This document shows positions 18,561 to 28,502 of a DNA stretch of 34,197 nt, piece after piece; the stretch's first letter is position 1, and the number at the start of each line of letters is the position of its first letter. The position numbers and the translations under genes were made by a program. Below the pieces are notes generated by a model, which was not told the origin of the DNA, searched no databases, and worked only from the letters and a program-made list of their open reading frames with translations. The DNA is taken from contig DATGEV010000254.1 in assembly GCA_035309885.1 (NCBI GenBank), positions 1-34,197 of the forward strand, written 5' to 3'. The DNA comes from Sphingomonas sp. (GTDB taxonomy: Bacteria; Pseudomonadota; Alphaproteobacteria; Sphingomonadales; Sphingomonadaceae).

Positions 18561-21500
18561 GCCTGCTCCGCCGGGGCTTGAAGCTCGCCCTTGTCCGAGG
18601 GACGGGCCGGTTGGCGCTGCGAAAACATCTCGATCATCACCGGCAGCACGATCAGGATCAGCACCGGCGCCAGCAGGATGCCGCCGACAACCACCAGTGC
18701 CAGCGGCTTTTGCACCTGGCTACCAATCCCCGAGGAGAGTGCCGCCGGCAGCAGGCCGACGCAAGCGGCGATGCAGGTCATCATCACCGGACGGAACCGC
18801 GTGCGCGCCGCGTGCAGCACGGCCTCGTGCCGCTCCATGCCGACCCGCAGCATCTGGTTGAAATAGGCGAGCACCAGAATGCCCTCCATCACCGAGATGC
18901 CGAACAGGCCGATGAAGCCGATCGCCGCCGAGACGCTGAACGGCGTGCCGGTGACGTAAAGCGCGAAAATCCCGCCCACCAGCGCCATGGGCATGACGCT
19001 CGCCGCCAGCAGCGTGTCGGTGAGCGAGCCGAAGTTGATGAACAGCAGCGCCATAATGAGGCCAAGGCTGACCGGTACGACGATCTCCAGCCGCTGCATC
19101 GCCGCTTGCAGATCGCCAAACTCGCCCACCCATTCGAGCCTGACGCCGGGCGGCAGAGCGACCGAGTGGTCGATCTTCGACTGCGCCTCCAATACCGCGC
19201 TGCCAAGGTCGCGCCCGCGCACACTGAACTTGATCGGGATGTAGCGCGACTGGTTCTCGCGGTAGATGAACGAATAGCCCGATACCAGCCGGACATCGGC
19301 CACCGTGCTGAGCGGGATCTGGCTGGTGCCGCCCGCGGCATTGGTCACCGCCACCGGGATGGCGCGGATCGCGTCGAGGCTCTGCCGGTATTGCGGAGCG
19401 AGGCGGATGACGATCGGGAAGTTCCGGTCGCTGCCATATTCATAAAGATTGCCCGCCGCTTGGCCGCCGATCGCCGCCTGCACCACCGCGTTCACGTCGG
19501 CGGGGGCGAGGCCGTAATGCGCGGCCTTGTCGCGATCGATCTTGATGTTGATCGTCGGCTGGCCAAGCGCGTCAAACACGGAGAGGTCGGTGATCCCACG
19601 CACCCCGGCCATGGTCGCCTTGATCTGGTAGGCGGTCTTTTCCAGTGCCTGGAGATCGTTGCCATAGAGCTTGACCGAATTGGCGCCCTTCACGCCCGAT
19701 GCGGCCTCCTCGACATTGTCCTCGATGTTTTGCGAGAAGTTGAATTCCACGCCGGGGAAGGGCGCCGCCAGTTCGTCATTAACCTCTTTGGTCAGCGCGT
19801 CCTTGGTCACGCCCGAGGGCCATTGGCTGCTGGGTTTGAGCGGCACATAGAATTCGGCATTGAAGAAGCCAGTGGTGTCGGTGCCGTCATCCGGACGGCC
19901 GAGCTGCGAGACCACCGTTTTCACTTCCGGATATTTCATCAAAATGTGGCGCATCCGATTTACATAGGTTTGCGCCTCGTCAAGGCTGATCGCCGGTGGC
20001 AGGGTGGCGCGGATCCAGAAATTGCCCTCCTCCAGCTTGGGCAGGAATTCGAGGCCGAGGCCGTTCATCGCGATCCCCGCCGCCAGCAAAAGCGCGCCCA
20101 TGCTGCCCAGCGCGATGATGCGGTTGCCAAGGGCAAAACGGATCGCGGGATCGTAGAGGCGCCGCATCCGCCGCACGATGCCGGTTTCCTTCTCGTCTTC
20201 CTTGTCGCGCAGCAGCAGCGCGCTCAGCACCGGCGCGACGGTAAAGGTGGCGATGAGCCCGCCCAGGATCGCATAGGCATAGGTGCGTGCCATCGGCCCG
20301 AAGATGTGCCCTTCCACGCCCGTCAGCGTGAACAGCGGCAGAAAGCCGGCGATGATGATCGCCGCGGCAAAGAAGATCGCGCGGTTAACCTCGGCGGCCG
20401 AGAGCTCGATCGTACCGAGCTTGCCGAAGAAGCTCTGGATACCGCCGCTGCGGTCAAGTGCACCGCCGCGCGCGAAGCGCAATCGCGGCTCTTGCGACAG
20501 GTGCCGGAAGATATTCTCGACCATGATCACCGTAGCATCGACGATCAGGCCGAAATCGATCGCGCCCACCGACAGCAGATTGGCAGATTCCCCGCGCAGC
20601 ACCATGATCAGGATCGAAAAGGCCAGAGCGAAGGGAATGGTCGCCGCCACGATCACCGCGCTGCGGAAGGTGCCGAGGAACACCCATTGCACGAAGAAGA
20701 TCAGCACCACGCCGAACAGCATGTTCTCCAGCACGGTATGCGTGGTGACGCCGATCAGCTCGGAGCGATCATAGATCTTCTCCAGATGCACGCCGGGCGG
20801 CAATATGCCTGAGCCGTTGATCTTGTCGACCTCCGCCTCCACCTTGAGCAGCGTCGGCAGGCTCTCCTCGCCGCGCCGCATCAGGATGATGCCCTGAACG
20901 ATGTCGTCGTCATTGTCCTGCCCGACGATGCCGAGCCGGGGCTGGTTGCCCACGGTAACGGTGGCGATGTCCTTGATCTGGACAGGCTTGCCGTTGTTCG
21001 CGATCACCATCGTGTCGCGGATGTCGTCCATGCTATGGATCAGGCCCACGCCGCGCACCACCGCCGCTTCCGGCCCGAGGTTCACGGTCTGCCCGCCGAC
21101 ATTGGCGTTGGCGTTGTTCAGCGCCTGAAGAACCTGCCCGATCGACAGGCCGTAGGCGACCAGCTTCTGCTGGTTGATCGTCACCTCATAGGTCTTGGAC
21201 TTGCCCGCCCAGCCATTGACGTCGACCACGCCTGGCACCGCCTTGAAGCGGCGTTGCAGGATCCAGTCCTGAATGGTCTTGAGATCGGTCACCGAATAGC
21301 CTTTCGGGCCGGTGATGCGGTAACGATAGATCTCGCCGATCGGACTTTCGGGCGAAATGCCCGGCTGCACGCCACCCGGCAGCGACCCGATCTGGCTCAA
21401 TGCGTTGATCACCTTCTGCTCAGCTTGCTCATAGCTATAGTCGTAGGTGAACTGCACGCGGACGTCGGACAGGCCGAAGAGCGAGATGGTCTGCACCGCC

Positions 21501-21736
21501 TTGACGTTCTTGATGCCGGCGAGCTGGATTTCGATGGGGATGGTGATGGTGCGCTCGATCTCCTCGGCGGAGAGGCCATTACTCTGGGTCACCACCTCGA
21601 CCAGTGGCGGCACCGGATCGGGATAGGCCTCAATATTGAGCTGACGGAACGCCACCAGCCCGCCCACCAGAAACAGCGCGAGCAGCGCAAGGATCAGCAG
21701 CCGCTGCCTCAGCGCGAATGCAACGATGGGGTTCAT
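18557..21736 (-). CDS. RND efflux permease, CusA/CzcA heavy-metal efflux family
   Basis: Motifs IEAYPD, ANLLSVGAIDFGLIVDATVIMVEN, EGHIFGPMA, EFLPKLEEG, RFRPVMMT and QKPLALVVVGG; 1059 aa. Confidence 0.92.
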   Translation of the reverse strand: MNPIVAFALRQRLLILALLALFLVGGLVAFRQLNIEAYPDPVPPLVEVVTQSNGLSAEEIERTITIPIEIQLAGIKNVKAVQTISLFGLSDVRVQFTYDYSYEQAEQKVINALSQIGSLPGGVQPGISPESPIGEIYRYRITGPKGYSVTDLKTIQDWILQRRFKAVPGVVDVNGWAGKSKTYEVTINQQKLVAYGLSIGQVLQALNNANANVGGQTVNLGPEAAVVRGVGLIHSMDDIRDTMVIANNGKPVQIKDIATVTVGNQPRLGIVGQDNDDDIVQGIILMRRGEESLPTLLKVEAEVDKINGSGILPPGVHLEKIYDRSELIGVTTHTVLENMLFGVVLIFFVQWVFLGTFRSAVIVAATIPFALAFSILIMVLRGESANLLSVGAIDFGLIVDATVIMVENIFRHLSQEPRLRFARGGALDRSGGIQSFFGKLGTIELSAAEVNRAIFFAAAIIIAGFLPLFTLTGVEGHIFGPMARTYAYAILGGLIATFTVAPVLSALLLRDKEDEKETGIVRRMRRLYDPAIRFALGNRIIALGSMGALLLAAGIAMNGLGLEFLPKLEEGNFWIRATLPPAISLDEAQTYVNRMRHILMKYPEVKTVVSQLGRPDDGTDTTGFFNAEFYVPLKPSSQWPSGVTKDALTKEVNDELAAPFPGVEFNFSQNIEDNVEEAASGVKGANSVKLYGNDLQALEKTAYQIKATMAGVRGITDLSVFDALGQPTINIKIDRDKAAHYGLAPADVNAVVQAAIGGQAAGNLYEYGSDRNFPIVIRLAPQYRQSLDAIRAIPVAVTNAAGGTSQIPLSTVADVRLVSGYSFIYRENQSRYIPIKFSVRGRDLGSAVLEAQSKIDHSVALPPGVRLEWVGEFGDLQAAMQRLEIVVPVSLGLIMALLFINFGSLTDTLLAASVMPMALVGGIFALYVTGTPFSVSAAIGFIGLFGISVMEGILVLAYFNQMLRVGMERHEAVLHAARTRFRPVMMTCIAACVGLLPAALSSGIGSQVQKPLALVVVGGILLAPVLILIVLPVMIEMFSQRQPARPSDKGELQAPAEQA

Positions 21737-21743
21737 GCTGTGC

Positions 21744-22949
21744 TCAGTCCGCCTTGGCGCCGCGATCGATGAACAGCGCGCCCGCCGTCACCACCCTGTC
21801 CCCGTCGCTGAGCCCTGAGAGGATCTCCACCCGGCCATCCACGGTGGCGCCGGCGGCGACCTCGCGCAGCGCCAGGTGCCGGTCCTTGCCACGCGCCAAC
21901 CAGACGCGCGCCGTGCTCCCCTCATAGATCACCGCGCTGGTCGGCACTGACAGCGCCGTGCGCGCACCGCCGGTCAGCAATGAGAAGCTGGCGTACATCT
22001 CGGGCTTCAACCTGCCTCCGGGATTGGCCAGGCTGGCGCGCACCGTCAGGCGCCGCGACAGCGGATCGAGCGTGAGGGCCACATAGTCGACGCGGGCATG
22101 GATCGGCTGGCCGGGCGCCGCGAGCAGGCGTACGAGCGCCTCCTGCCCGACATGGGCGCTCATCGCATCCTCCTCGCGCAGATTACCCACCACCCAGACC
22201 CGCGCAAAATCGCTGATCGCGAAGGCCTGTGTCGCGCCACCACCGGCGGCGCTCGCCACATTCTGCCCCACCCCGATGAGCCGCTGGGTGATCACGCCGG
22301 CGACCGGCGCGCGGACGACGGCCTCGCCGTGGCTGATGCCCCCCCCCAGCGCCCCGCGCCGCGTCCGGGCCGCCGCCAGCGCCGCTTGCGCGGTGGCGAG
22401 GTCGACCTGGGCCTGTTGCCAGTCCTTGACCGCCGCGCCCTGATGCTGGGAGAGGTCGCGCTGGCGGGCCTCGTTGGCCCGGGCCGCGTTCAGCTGCGCG
22501 GTGGCGGTGAGGATGTCGGCGTCGCTCTGCGCGGCCTCGTTGGCGATCACCGCGAACAGGGGCGAGCCCGGTCTGACCGCATCGCCCGCCTTCACGAAAA
22601 CGCGGGTGACGCGGCCGGTGAAGGGCGAGAACACCGGCGTGGTGAGGTCATCATCGGTGGCGATCTTGCCGTCGGTGGTCACCGCGTTCTGGAAGGTCTG
22701 CCGGTGGACCATCTCGAAGCGTAGGGTTGCCCATTCCTTCACCGTGGCGACAAAACTGCCGTCACCGGGCGGTGGCGCGGTGGGCGCGGGCGGCGGGACC
22801 AGCAGCCGCGAAACCCATGGCCCGCCCAGAAACAGCACCAGCACAGCCAGCATGATGATCCCGACCAACTGGATCTGCCGCCGCCGTTTGAGCAGCGGCA
22901 CGGGCACGTCGTGCCCTTCGCCGGAATCGTGGTTGGCAATTTCGGTCAT
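21744..22949 (-). CDS. RND periplasmic adaptor (membrane fusion protein)
   Basis: N-terminal TM segment, SPFTGRVTRVFVKAGDAV, VRAPVAGVI, NPGGRLKPEMYA and GLSDGDRVVTAGALF. Alternative TTG start at 22970. Confidence 0.9.
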   Translation of the reverse strand: MTEIANHDSGEGHDVPVPLLKRRRQIQLVGIIMLAVLVLFLGGPWVSRLLVPPPAPTAPPPGDGSFVATVKEWATLRFEMVHRQTFQNAVTTDGKIATDDDLTTPVFSPFTGRVTRVFVKAGDAVRPGSPLFAVIANEAAQSDADILTATAQLNAARANEARQRDLSQHQGAAVKDWQQAQVDLATAQAALAAARTRRGALGGGISHGEAVVRAPVAGVITQRLIGVGQNVASAAGGGATQAFAISDFARVWVVGNLREEDAMSAHVGQEALVRLLAAPGQPIHARVDYVALTLDPLSRRLTVRASLANPGGRLKPEMYASFSLLTGGARTALSVPTSAVIYEGSTARVWLARGKDRHLALREVAAGATVDGRVEILSGLSDGDRVVTAGALFIDRGAKAD

Positions 22950-23000
22950 CTGTGGGGCACGGCCTGTCAAACGAAGCTCAGCGGCGGATAGGAGGCGATG

Positions 23001-23016
23001 CTTACACGTGCCTTAC
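23001..23016. promoter_or_regulatory. Candidate OmpR-family response regulator box
   Basis: CTTAC-N6-CTTAC direct repeat with an 11-bp period, about 50 bp upstream of the adaptor start. Confidence 0.35.
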
Positions 23017-23195
23017 GGACGCAGAAAGAGTGGGCGGCACAGACCGGCCCGGCCTCCAGTCACGGTGTCGCGACCATGCCGGCATCTTGATCGGGCGGGG
23101 CTGGGTATCCGTCCCGGCCACTCGTCGGCAAATCGGGGTGGGTTGTACGTCCAACCGGGCTGACCAGCGTCTGTCCGTTCGAAGCCATCGGCCTG

Positions 23196-25412
23196 TCAGT
23201 CGACGGCTTCGAAAACCCACCCCTGCGCCTGGAAATCTCCCTTCATCGGCAGGTCAATGCCATGCGCCATCCAATAGGCCCCGCTCTGAATGCGGTTGTC
23301 GCCCGACGCTGCAGCGTCGATCGCCCGCGCGCGGTAGCGCTTCGCCGGATCGAGGCCGCGCAGCACGAAGGCCGGCAGCACGTTGATCTCGGTGCTCGAG
23401 TGGAGGAAGGCGAACAGCACCGCCTGCCGTTTGTCCAGCGACACATATAGGCTGGCGGTGCGACCCGACGGGTCTTGCGGCCGAACCAGCCGGTAGAGAT
23501 CGCCCTGCTGCACCGTCTGGCGCACCACCTTGTAGGCGGCGACCATCTTCGCGGCATCGGCGAAATCCACGTCGGTCCATTTGTTGAGATTGGCACCAAT
23601 GCCGAGCCCGCCCTGCATCGACGACAGGAAGCGATAGTCGAGCGAGGTCGTCCGATTATTCGCCCAGCTCGGGGAATCAGTCACCCAGGCCATCATCGTG
23701 GCCGGAGTATAGGCATGGGTAAAGCCGTCCTGGATGGTGAGCCGGTCGAAGGGATCGGTGTTGTCCGACGGCCAAACCTCATCGGTGAGCCCCATGATGC
23801 CCAGATCGACGCGGCCGCCGCCACCCGAACAGCTTTCGATCTCGAGCTTCGGGTGGCGTTTTCTGAGCTCGCCGATGATCGCGTAGAGGTTGCGGACATA
23901 GTCGACATAGAGCTTCTGCTGGTCGGCAGGATCGACGCCGGGCCAGCCGGGCTCGGACCAGTTGCGGTTATGATCCCACTTCAGGAACTGGATGTCGTTG
24001 TGGCTGACGAGGTCGTCGATGGCCTTCAGCACATAATCGCGCACATCCTTGCGGGCGAGGTTGAGCACCAGCTGGTTGCGCTGCTCGGTGCGCGGGCGAT
24101 CCTTCATCGCGATCACCCAATCGGGATGGGCGCGATAGAGGTCGCTGTCGGGGTTGACCATCTCGGGCTCGACCCACAGGCCGAACTCCATGCCGAGGCC
24201 ATGCACCTTGTCGATCAGCGGCTTGAGGCCGTTCGGGAATTTAGTGCGGTTGACGGTCCAGTCGCCCAAGCCCACGTGATCGCTGTTGCGCGCGCCGAAC
24301 CAGCCGTCATCCATCACGAAGCGCTCGACGCCGATCTTCGCCGCCTTTTCGGCGAGCACCATCTGGCCCTTCTCGTCGACCGCGAATTCGGTCGCCTCCC
24401 AGCTATTGTAGAGCACCGGCCGCAACCGGGGCGTCGGCCCCTCGGGCAGGATCTTCGCCAGCTCGAAATGGTGGAGCAGGCGCGAGGCGCCACCCATGCC
24501 ATGATCCGAATAACCGGCATAGAAGATTGGCGTTTCCAGCGCCGCGCCCGGCTTCAGCTGGTAGGCGAAATCGAAGGAGTTGAAGCCGCCGACGACGCGG
24601 ACGTCTCCGATCGGATCCCGATCCACGCTGATCCGCCACGATCCGCTCCACGCCAGCGCGCCGAACCAGACCGGCCCGTTCTCCTCGGTCGAAAGCCCGG
24701 CGCGGTCGATCGCGAACCAGGGGTTCGCCTGATGGCTGGTCGAGCCCCTGCGGCTCTCGATCACCGTCGCGCCGGCTGAGACCGGCCGCTCCTGCAGCGT
24801 CCACTCCGCCGCCCAGCGCCCGGTCAGATAGTGGAGGCGATAATCTTCGCCCACTGGCAGCGACCACGCCGCTGACGAAGCCTGATCGAGCCGCACCGGC
24901 ACTTTTCCGGCGTTGCGGATCACCGCCGACCGGCCGACGATCCCGGTGTCGGGATCGATGGTGTAGCGCAGCGTGACATGGATCGGCCGGGCAATGTCAG
25001 CCAGCTCGACCAGGATCGCGTCGCCCTCAATGCGGTGCGACACATAGCGCAGCACCACGTCGCGCACGCCGTCGGGCCAGGCGATCTTCAGCGTCGGCTC
25101 GGTGTAAAGCCCCCCGCCCCAGCCGGGATATTCCTGCGCCTCGATCGAGGCGGCCGGATCGACGCTGGAAAGCTCGCGCGGCGCCTGTGCCGTCAGCATG
25201 TCGCCCGCGGACAGGCGCGGGCCCCAATAGGTCGACTGGAGCATCCCCTTGTCATTGATGGCGAAGGCGTAGGTGACGGCCGCCCCATCGAGACGGAACA
25301 GCCTGTGGGCGGCGTCATAGGTGGCGCCGGCAACCGCGCCCGACTCGCCTGTCCCCACGCCCATCAGAAACGCTGCAACACCGAGCGCAGTACGAGCCGC
25401 AGAACCAGCCAT
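23196..25412 (-). CDS. GH36 alpha-galactosidase, probably exported
   Basis: Motifs YNSWEA, FVMDDGWFG, FGLWVEPEMV, KWDHNR, CSGGGGR and WPSDNTD. ATG 25412 follows GGGGAGG and begins a signal-like N-terminus. Confidence 0.92.
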   Translation of the reverse strand: MAGSAARTALGVAAFLMGVGTGESGAVAGATYDAAHRLFRLDGAAVTYAFAINDKGMLQSTYWGPRLSAGDMLTAQAPRELSSVDPAASIEAQEYPGWGGGLYTEPTLKIAWPDGVRDVVLRYVSHRIEGDAILVELADIARPIHVTLRYTIDPDTGIVGRSAVIRNAGKVPVRLDQASSAAWSLPVGEDYRLHYLTGRWAAEWTLQERPVSAGATVIESRRGSTSHQANPWFAIDRAGLSTEENGPVWFGALAWSGSWRISVDRDPIGDVRVVGGFNSFDFAYQLKPGAALETPIFYAGYSDHGMGGASRLLHHFELAKILPEGPTPRLRPVLYNSWEATEFAVDEKGQMVLAEKAAKIGVERFVMDDGWFGARNSDHVGLGDWTVNRTKFPNGLKPLIDKVHGLGMEFGLWVEPEMVNPDSDLYRAHPDWVIAMKDRPRTEQRNQLVLNLARKDVRDYVLKAIDDLVSHNDIQFLKWDHNRNWSEPGWPGVDPADQQKLYVDYVRNLYAIIGELRKRHPKLEIESCSGGGGRVDLGIMGLTDEVWPSDNTDPFDRLTIQDGFTHAYTPATMMAWVTDSPSWANNRTTSLDYRFLSSMQGGLGIGANLNKWTDVDFADAAKMVAAYKVVRQTVQQGDLYRLVRPQDPSGRTASLYVSLDKRQAVLFAFLHSSTEINVLPAFVLRGLDPAKRYRARAIDAAASGDNRIQSGAYWMAHGIDLPMKGDFQAQGWVFEAVD

Positions 25413-25577
25413 CCCTGTCCTCCCCTTGGGACGAGACCCTGCTGAATCGGGGCCCGTTCCTCTGTTTCCGGTCGTGCTCAGCATAGCAACGAACCCGCTG
25501 GACACCAGAGTATATATGTCATATTTATATGTGAAGAACGGACACAGAGATATCCGCACATAACAGGAGAGGGTTGA

Positions 25578-28436
25578 ATGGGGAGTTCTTCCGGTCGTCG
25601 CGTATCCATCGCGCTTTTGACGGGCGCCAGTCTGGGCGTGCTTGCGCCACTTACGGCCGCATATGCACAAGCCGCCGATACACCGCCTTCGCCGAATATG
25701 GCGGCTTCATCCTTTGCCGCGGCTACTCCTGCCGGTGATCCGTCGCCAGGCCAGAACGCGACGAGCGCGACCGATCCGGCCGCACCCGCCGGCGCGATCG
25801 TGGTGACCGGCACGCGCGCGAGCCTCAATCGCGCGCTCAATCTCAAGAAGCAGACGATCGGCATCGTTGATTCGATCTCGGCCGAGGATATCGGCAAGTT
25901 CCCCGACCAGAACGTCGCGGAATCGCTCCAGCACGTGCCCGGCGTCTCGATCGACCGTTCCGGCGGCGAGGGCCACACCATCACGGTTCGCGGCTTCGGC
26001 CCCCAGTTCAACACGGTGCTGCTGAACGGCCGCCTGCTCGCGACCGAGAATCCGGGCCGCGAATTCAGCTTCGATATTCTGCCGTCCGAACTCATCAGTG
26101 CGGCCGAGGTTTACAAATCGGCTACCGCCGACCAGCAGGACGGCGGCATCGGCTCGACGGTCGTGCTGCGCACCGCGCGTCCGCTCGACCATCCGGGTTT
26201 CCACGCCGCGGTGAGCGCGTCCGCCAAGTTCGACAGCACCCGCAACAAGGGCACGCCGATCGGCTCCGCACTGATCAGCGATACCAACGACGACGGCACC
26301 TTCGGCATCCTCGCCAGCGTCGACTATGACAAGCGCGACAGCCGCTTCACCGACGTCAACACCAGCGGCTGGATCCAGCAGCCGACCAAGAATTCGGATG
26401 GCAGCGACTGGCTGCCGGCGGCCCAGCTCCACGGCATCACCGCCGGGCAGGGCGTCAATGTCTTTCTTCCGCGCACGCTGAACTTCACCTCCACCCAGCA
26501 GCAGCGCGAGCGGATCGGCGGCACGCTGGCGATGGACTGGGTGGTCTCCGACAAGCTCAAGCTCGAATTCGACGGGCTCTACACCCAGCTCAAGATCCAT
26601 TCGACCACCAACCAGATCGGCTGGTACACCGATCCGGGCGACATCCAGGACGCGACGGTCGATCCCAGGACCGGCAACACCGTCACCAATTTCGTCCGCA
26701 AGGCCGATGGCGGGCTGAAGACCGACAACATCCTGTCGACCTCGCCCACAGATACGAACACCTATCAGCTCGGCCTCAACGCCCGCTGGACCCCGTCCGA
26801 GCGCGACACCATCGTCACCGATTTCTCGCATTCGCGTGCGCACAATCGCGTCAACTCGATCTTCGACGTGATCGGCGAGACCAATCCGGGCGTGAACCCG
26901 ACGTTCAACCTGAACCCGGGTAGCGTGCCGACGATGACCGGCCTGCTGCCGACCTTCGATCCCAACCGCGCCTTCCTCCACTGCTGCTCGGAACGCGGTA
27001 GCGGCGTGACCGACGACGTGTGGCAGATCAACGTCGACGGCAAGCATGACTTCGATCGCGGCATCCTCTCCGATATCAAGTTCGGCGTGATGGGCACGCG
27101 GCGTAAGAAGACGATCCTGTCGGTCCTGACGCCGAGCCCGCTCGACTGCTATTATTGCGGCTATTACGCCAAGGCCGATCCGTCGCTGTTCACGCAGTTC
27201 AGCCCCGGCAGCATCCTCGGCGAACCCGCGCTTTCCTGGCTGAACTACAATCACAACGCGCTGGTCACCTATGAAGGCAGCCCGGCGGCGGTTACCCAGA
27301 ACAACAGTGCCGCGGCACAAGCCAACTACAACGCGGTCTTCGCCGCCGACGGCAACAGCACGGCGCCGATCTATGATCCCAAGGGATCGGGCGCGGTGCG
27401 CGAATATACCGGCGCCATCTATCTCCAGACCGATTTCAAGGGCGACTGGGGCAGCCACCAGTGGAACGCACAGGTCGGCGGGCGCTACGTCTACACGGCC
27501 GAGCGCGCGACCGGCAATTCGGTGGAGATCACCAACATCACGCCGAATCTGAACGATCCGACCGCCTCGATCGCGACCTTCAGCGCGCCGGTTCCCGTTG
27601 CCGAGACCAACCACTACGGCTTCTTCCTGCCGTCGGCGACCTTCCGCTTCGACTGGAGCCCCAAGTTCGATTTCCGCGCCGCGGTATCGCGCACGCTGAC
27701 CCGGCCGACGCTGACCCAGCTCACGCTCAGCCAGAGCTTCAGCTTCCGTCCGCCGAACCAGAGCTCGATCACGGTCGGCAACCCGAAGCTGAAGCCCTAT
27801 TTGGCCTGGAACTTCGACGCCGGTGTCGATTATTATATGGGCAAGACGAGCTACATCAGCCTCGCCGGCTTCTACAAGCGTATCAACAACTTCGTCTCGG
27901 ACGGACAGTTCAACGAAACTATCTTCGGTGAACAGTTCCTGGTGACGCGCCCGATTAACGCCAACAAGTCTACCGTCTACGGTTTCGAGGCAACGGTGCA
28001 GTACACCTTCGACAAGCTGCTGCCCGCACCCTTTGACGGGCTCGGCTTCTCGGCCAACTACACCAAGGTGGAAAGCTCCACGACCTTCGATCCGTCGCTC
28101 ACCAGCCAAGTGTTCAACGTCGAGGGCCTGTCGGACAGTGCCAACGTCGTCGGCTTCTACGAGAAGGGGCCCGTGCAGGTCCGCGTGGCGTACAATTGGC
28201 GCGCGCCCTTCCTGCGCAACACCTTCGGCGACAACGGCCAGCCGACCAACGTCGACAGCTACGGCCAGCTCGACCTCACCGGCAGCCTCAAGCTCACCCG
28301 AAACCTCGGCGTGTTCGTCGATGTGCTGAACGTGACGAACGCACAGCAGCGCATCTACTCCTCGTTCAAGGATCGGTTCGCGGGCCTCTACCAGACCGGT
28401 CGCGTCATTTCCGGTGGCGTGCGCGCCACCTTCTGA
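25578..28436 (+). CDS. TonB-dependent receptor (carbohydrate type)
   Basis: IVVTG TonB-box region, plug DSISAEDIGKFPDQNVAESLQHVPGVSI, GNPKLKP and C-terminal Phe. AGGAG RBS. Confidence 0.93.
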   Translation: MGSSSGRRVSIALLTGASLGVLAPLTAAYAQAADTPPSPNMAASSFAAATPAGDPSPGQNATSATDPAAPAGAIVVTGTRASLNRALNLKKQTIGIVDSISAEDIGKFPDQNVAESLQHVPGVSIDRSGGEGHTITVRGFGPQFNTVLLNGRLLATENPGREFSFDILPSELISAAEVYKSATADQQDGGIGSTVVLRTARPLDHPGFHAAVSASAKFDSTRNKGTPIGSALISDTNDDGTFGILASVDYDKRDSRFTDVNTSGWIQQPTKNSDGSDWLPAAQLHGITAGQGVNVFLPRTLNFTSTQQQRERIGGTLAMDWVVSDKLKLEFDGLYTQLKIHSTTNQIGWYTDPGDIQDATVDPRTGNTVTNFVRKADGGLKTDNILSTSPTDTNTYQLGLNARWTPSERDTIVTDFSHSRAHNRVNSIFDVIGETNPGVNPTFNLNPGSVPTMTGLLPTFDPNRAFLHCCSERGSGVTDDVWQINVDGKHDFDRGILSDIKFGVMGTRRKKTILSVLTPSPLDCYYCGYYAKADPSLFTQFSPGSILGEPALSWLNYNHNALVTYEGSPAAVTQNNSAAAQANYNAVFAADGNSTAPIYDPKGSGAVREYTGAIYLQTDFKGDWGSHQWNAQVGGRYVYTAERATGNSVEITNITPNLNDPTASIATFSAPVPVAETNHYGFFLPSATFRFDWSPKFDFRAAVSRTLTRPTLTQLTLSQSFSFRPPNQSSITVGNPKLKPYLAWNFDAGVDYYMGKTSYISLAGFYKRINNFVSDGQFNETIFGEQFLVTRPINANKSTVYGFEATVQYTFDKLLPAPFDGLGFSANYTKVESSTTFDPSLTSQVFNVEGLSDSANVVGFYEKGPVQVRVAYNWRAPFLRNTFGDNGQPTNVDSYGQLDLTGSLKLTRNLGVFVDVLNVTNAQQRIYSSFKDRFAGLYQTGRVISGGVRATF

Positions 28437-28460
28437 TCCATCCTTCCTTCCCAACTTCCG

Positions 28461-28489
28461 CGGGCGGTCCCTTGGGGCCGCCCGTTCTT
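28461..28489 (+). terminator. Probable intrinsic terminator or stabilising hairpin
   Basis: CGGGCGGTCC-cttg-GGGCCGCCCG stem-loop followed by TTCTT, just after the receptor stop. Confidence 0.6.
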
Positions 28490-28502
28490 GTAAGGCGTCA
28501 TC

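Noticed and set aside
25413-25670. N-terminal extension of the GH36 ORF
   Set aside because: It crosses the divergent promoter region and the TonB receptor start. ATG 25412 has a strong RBS.
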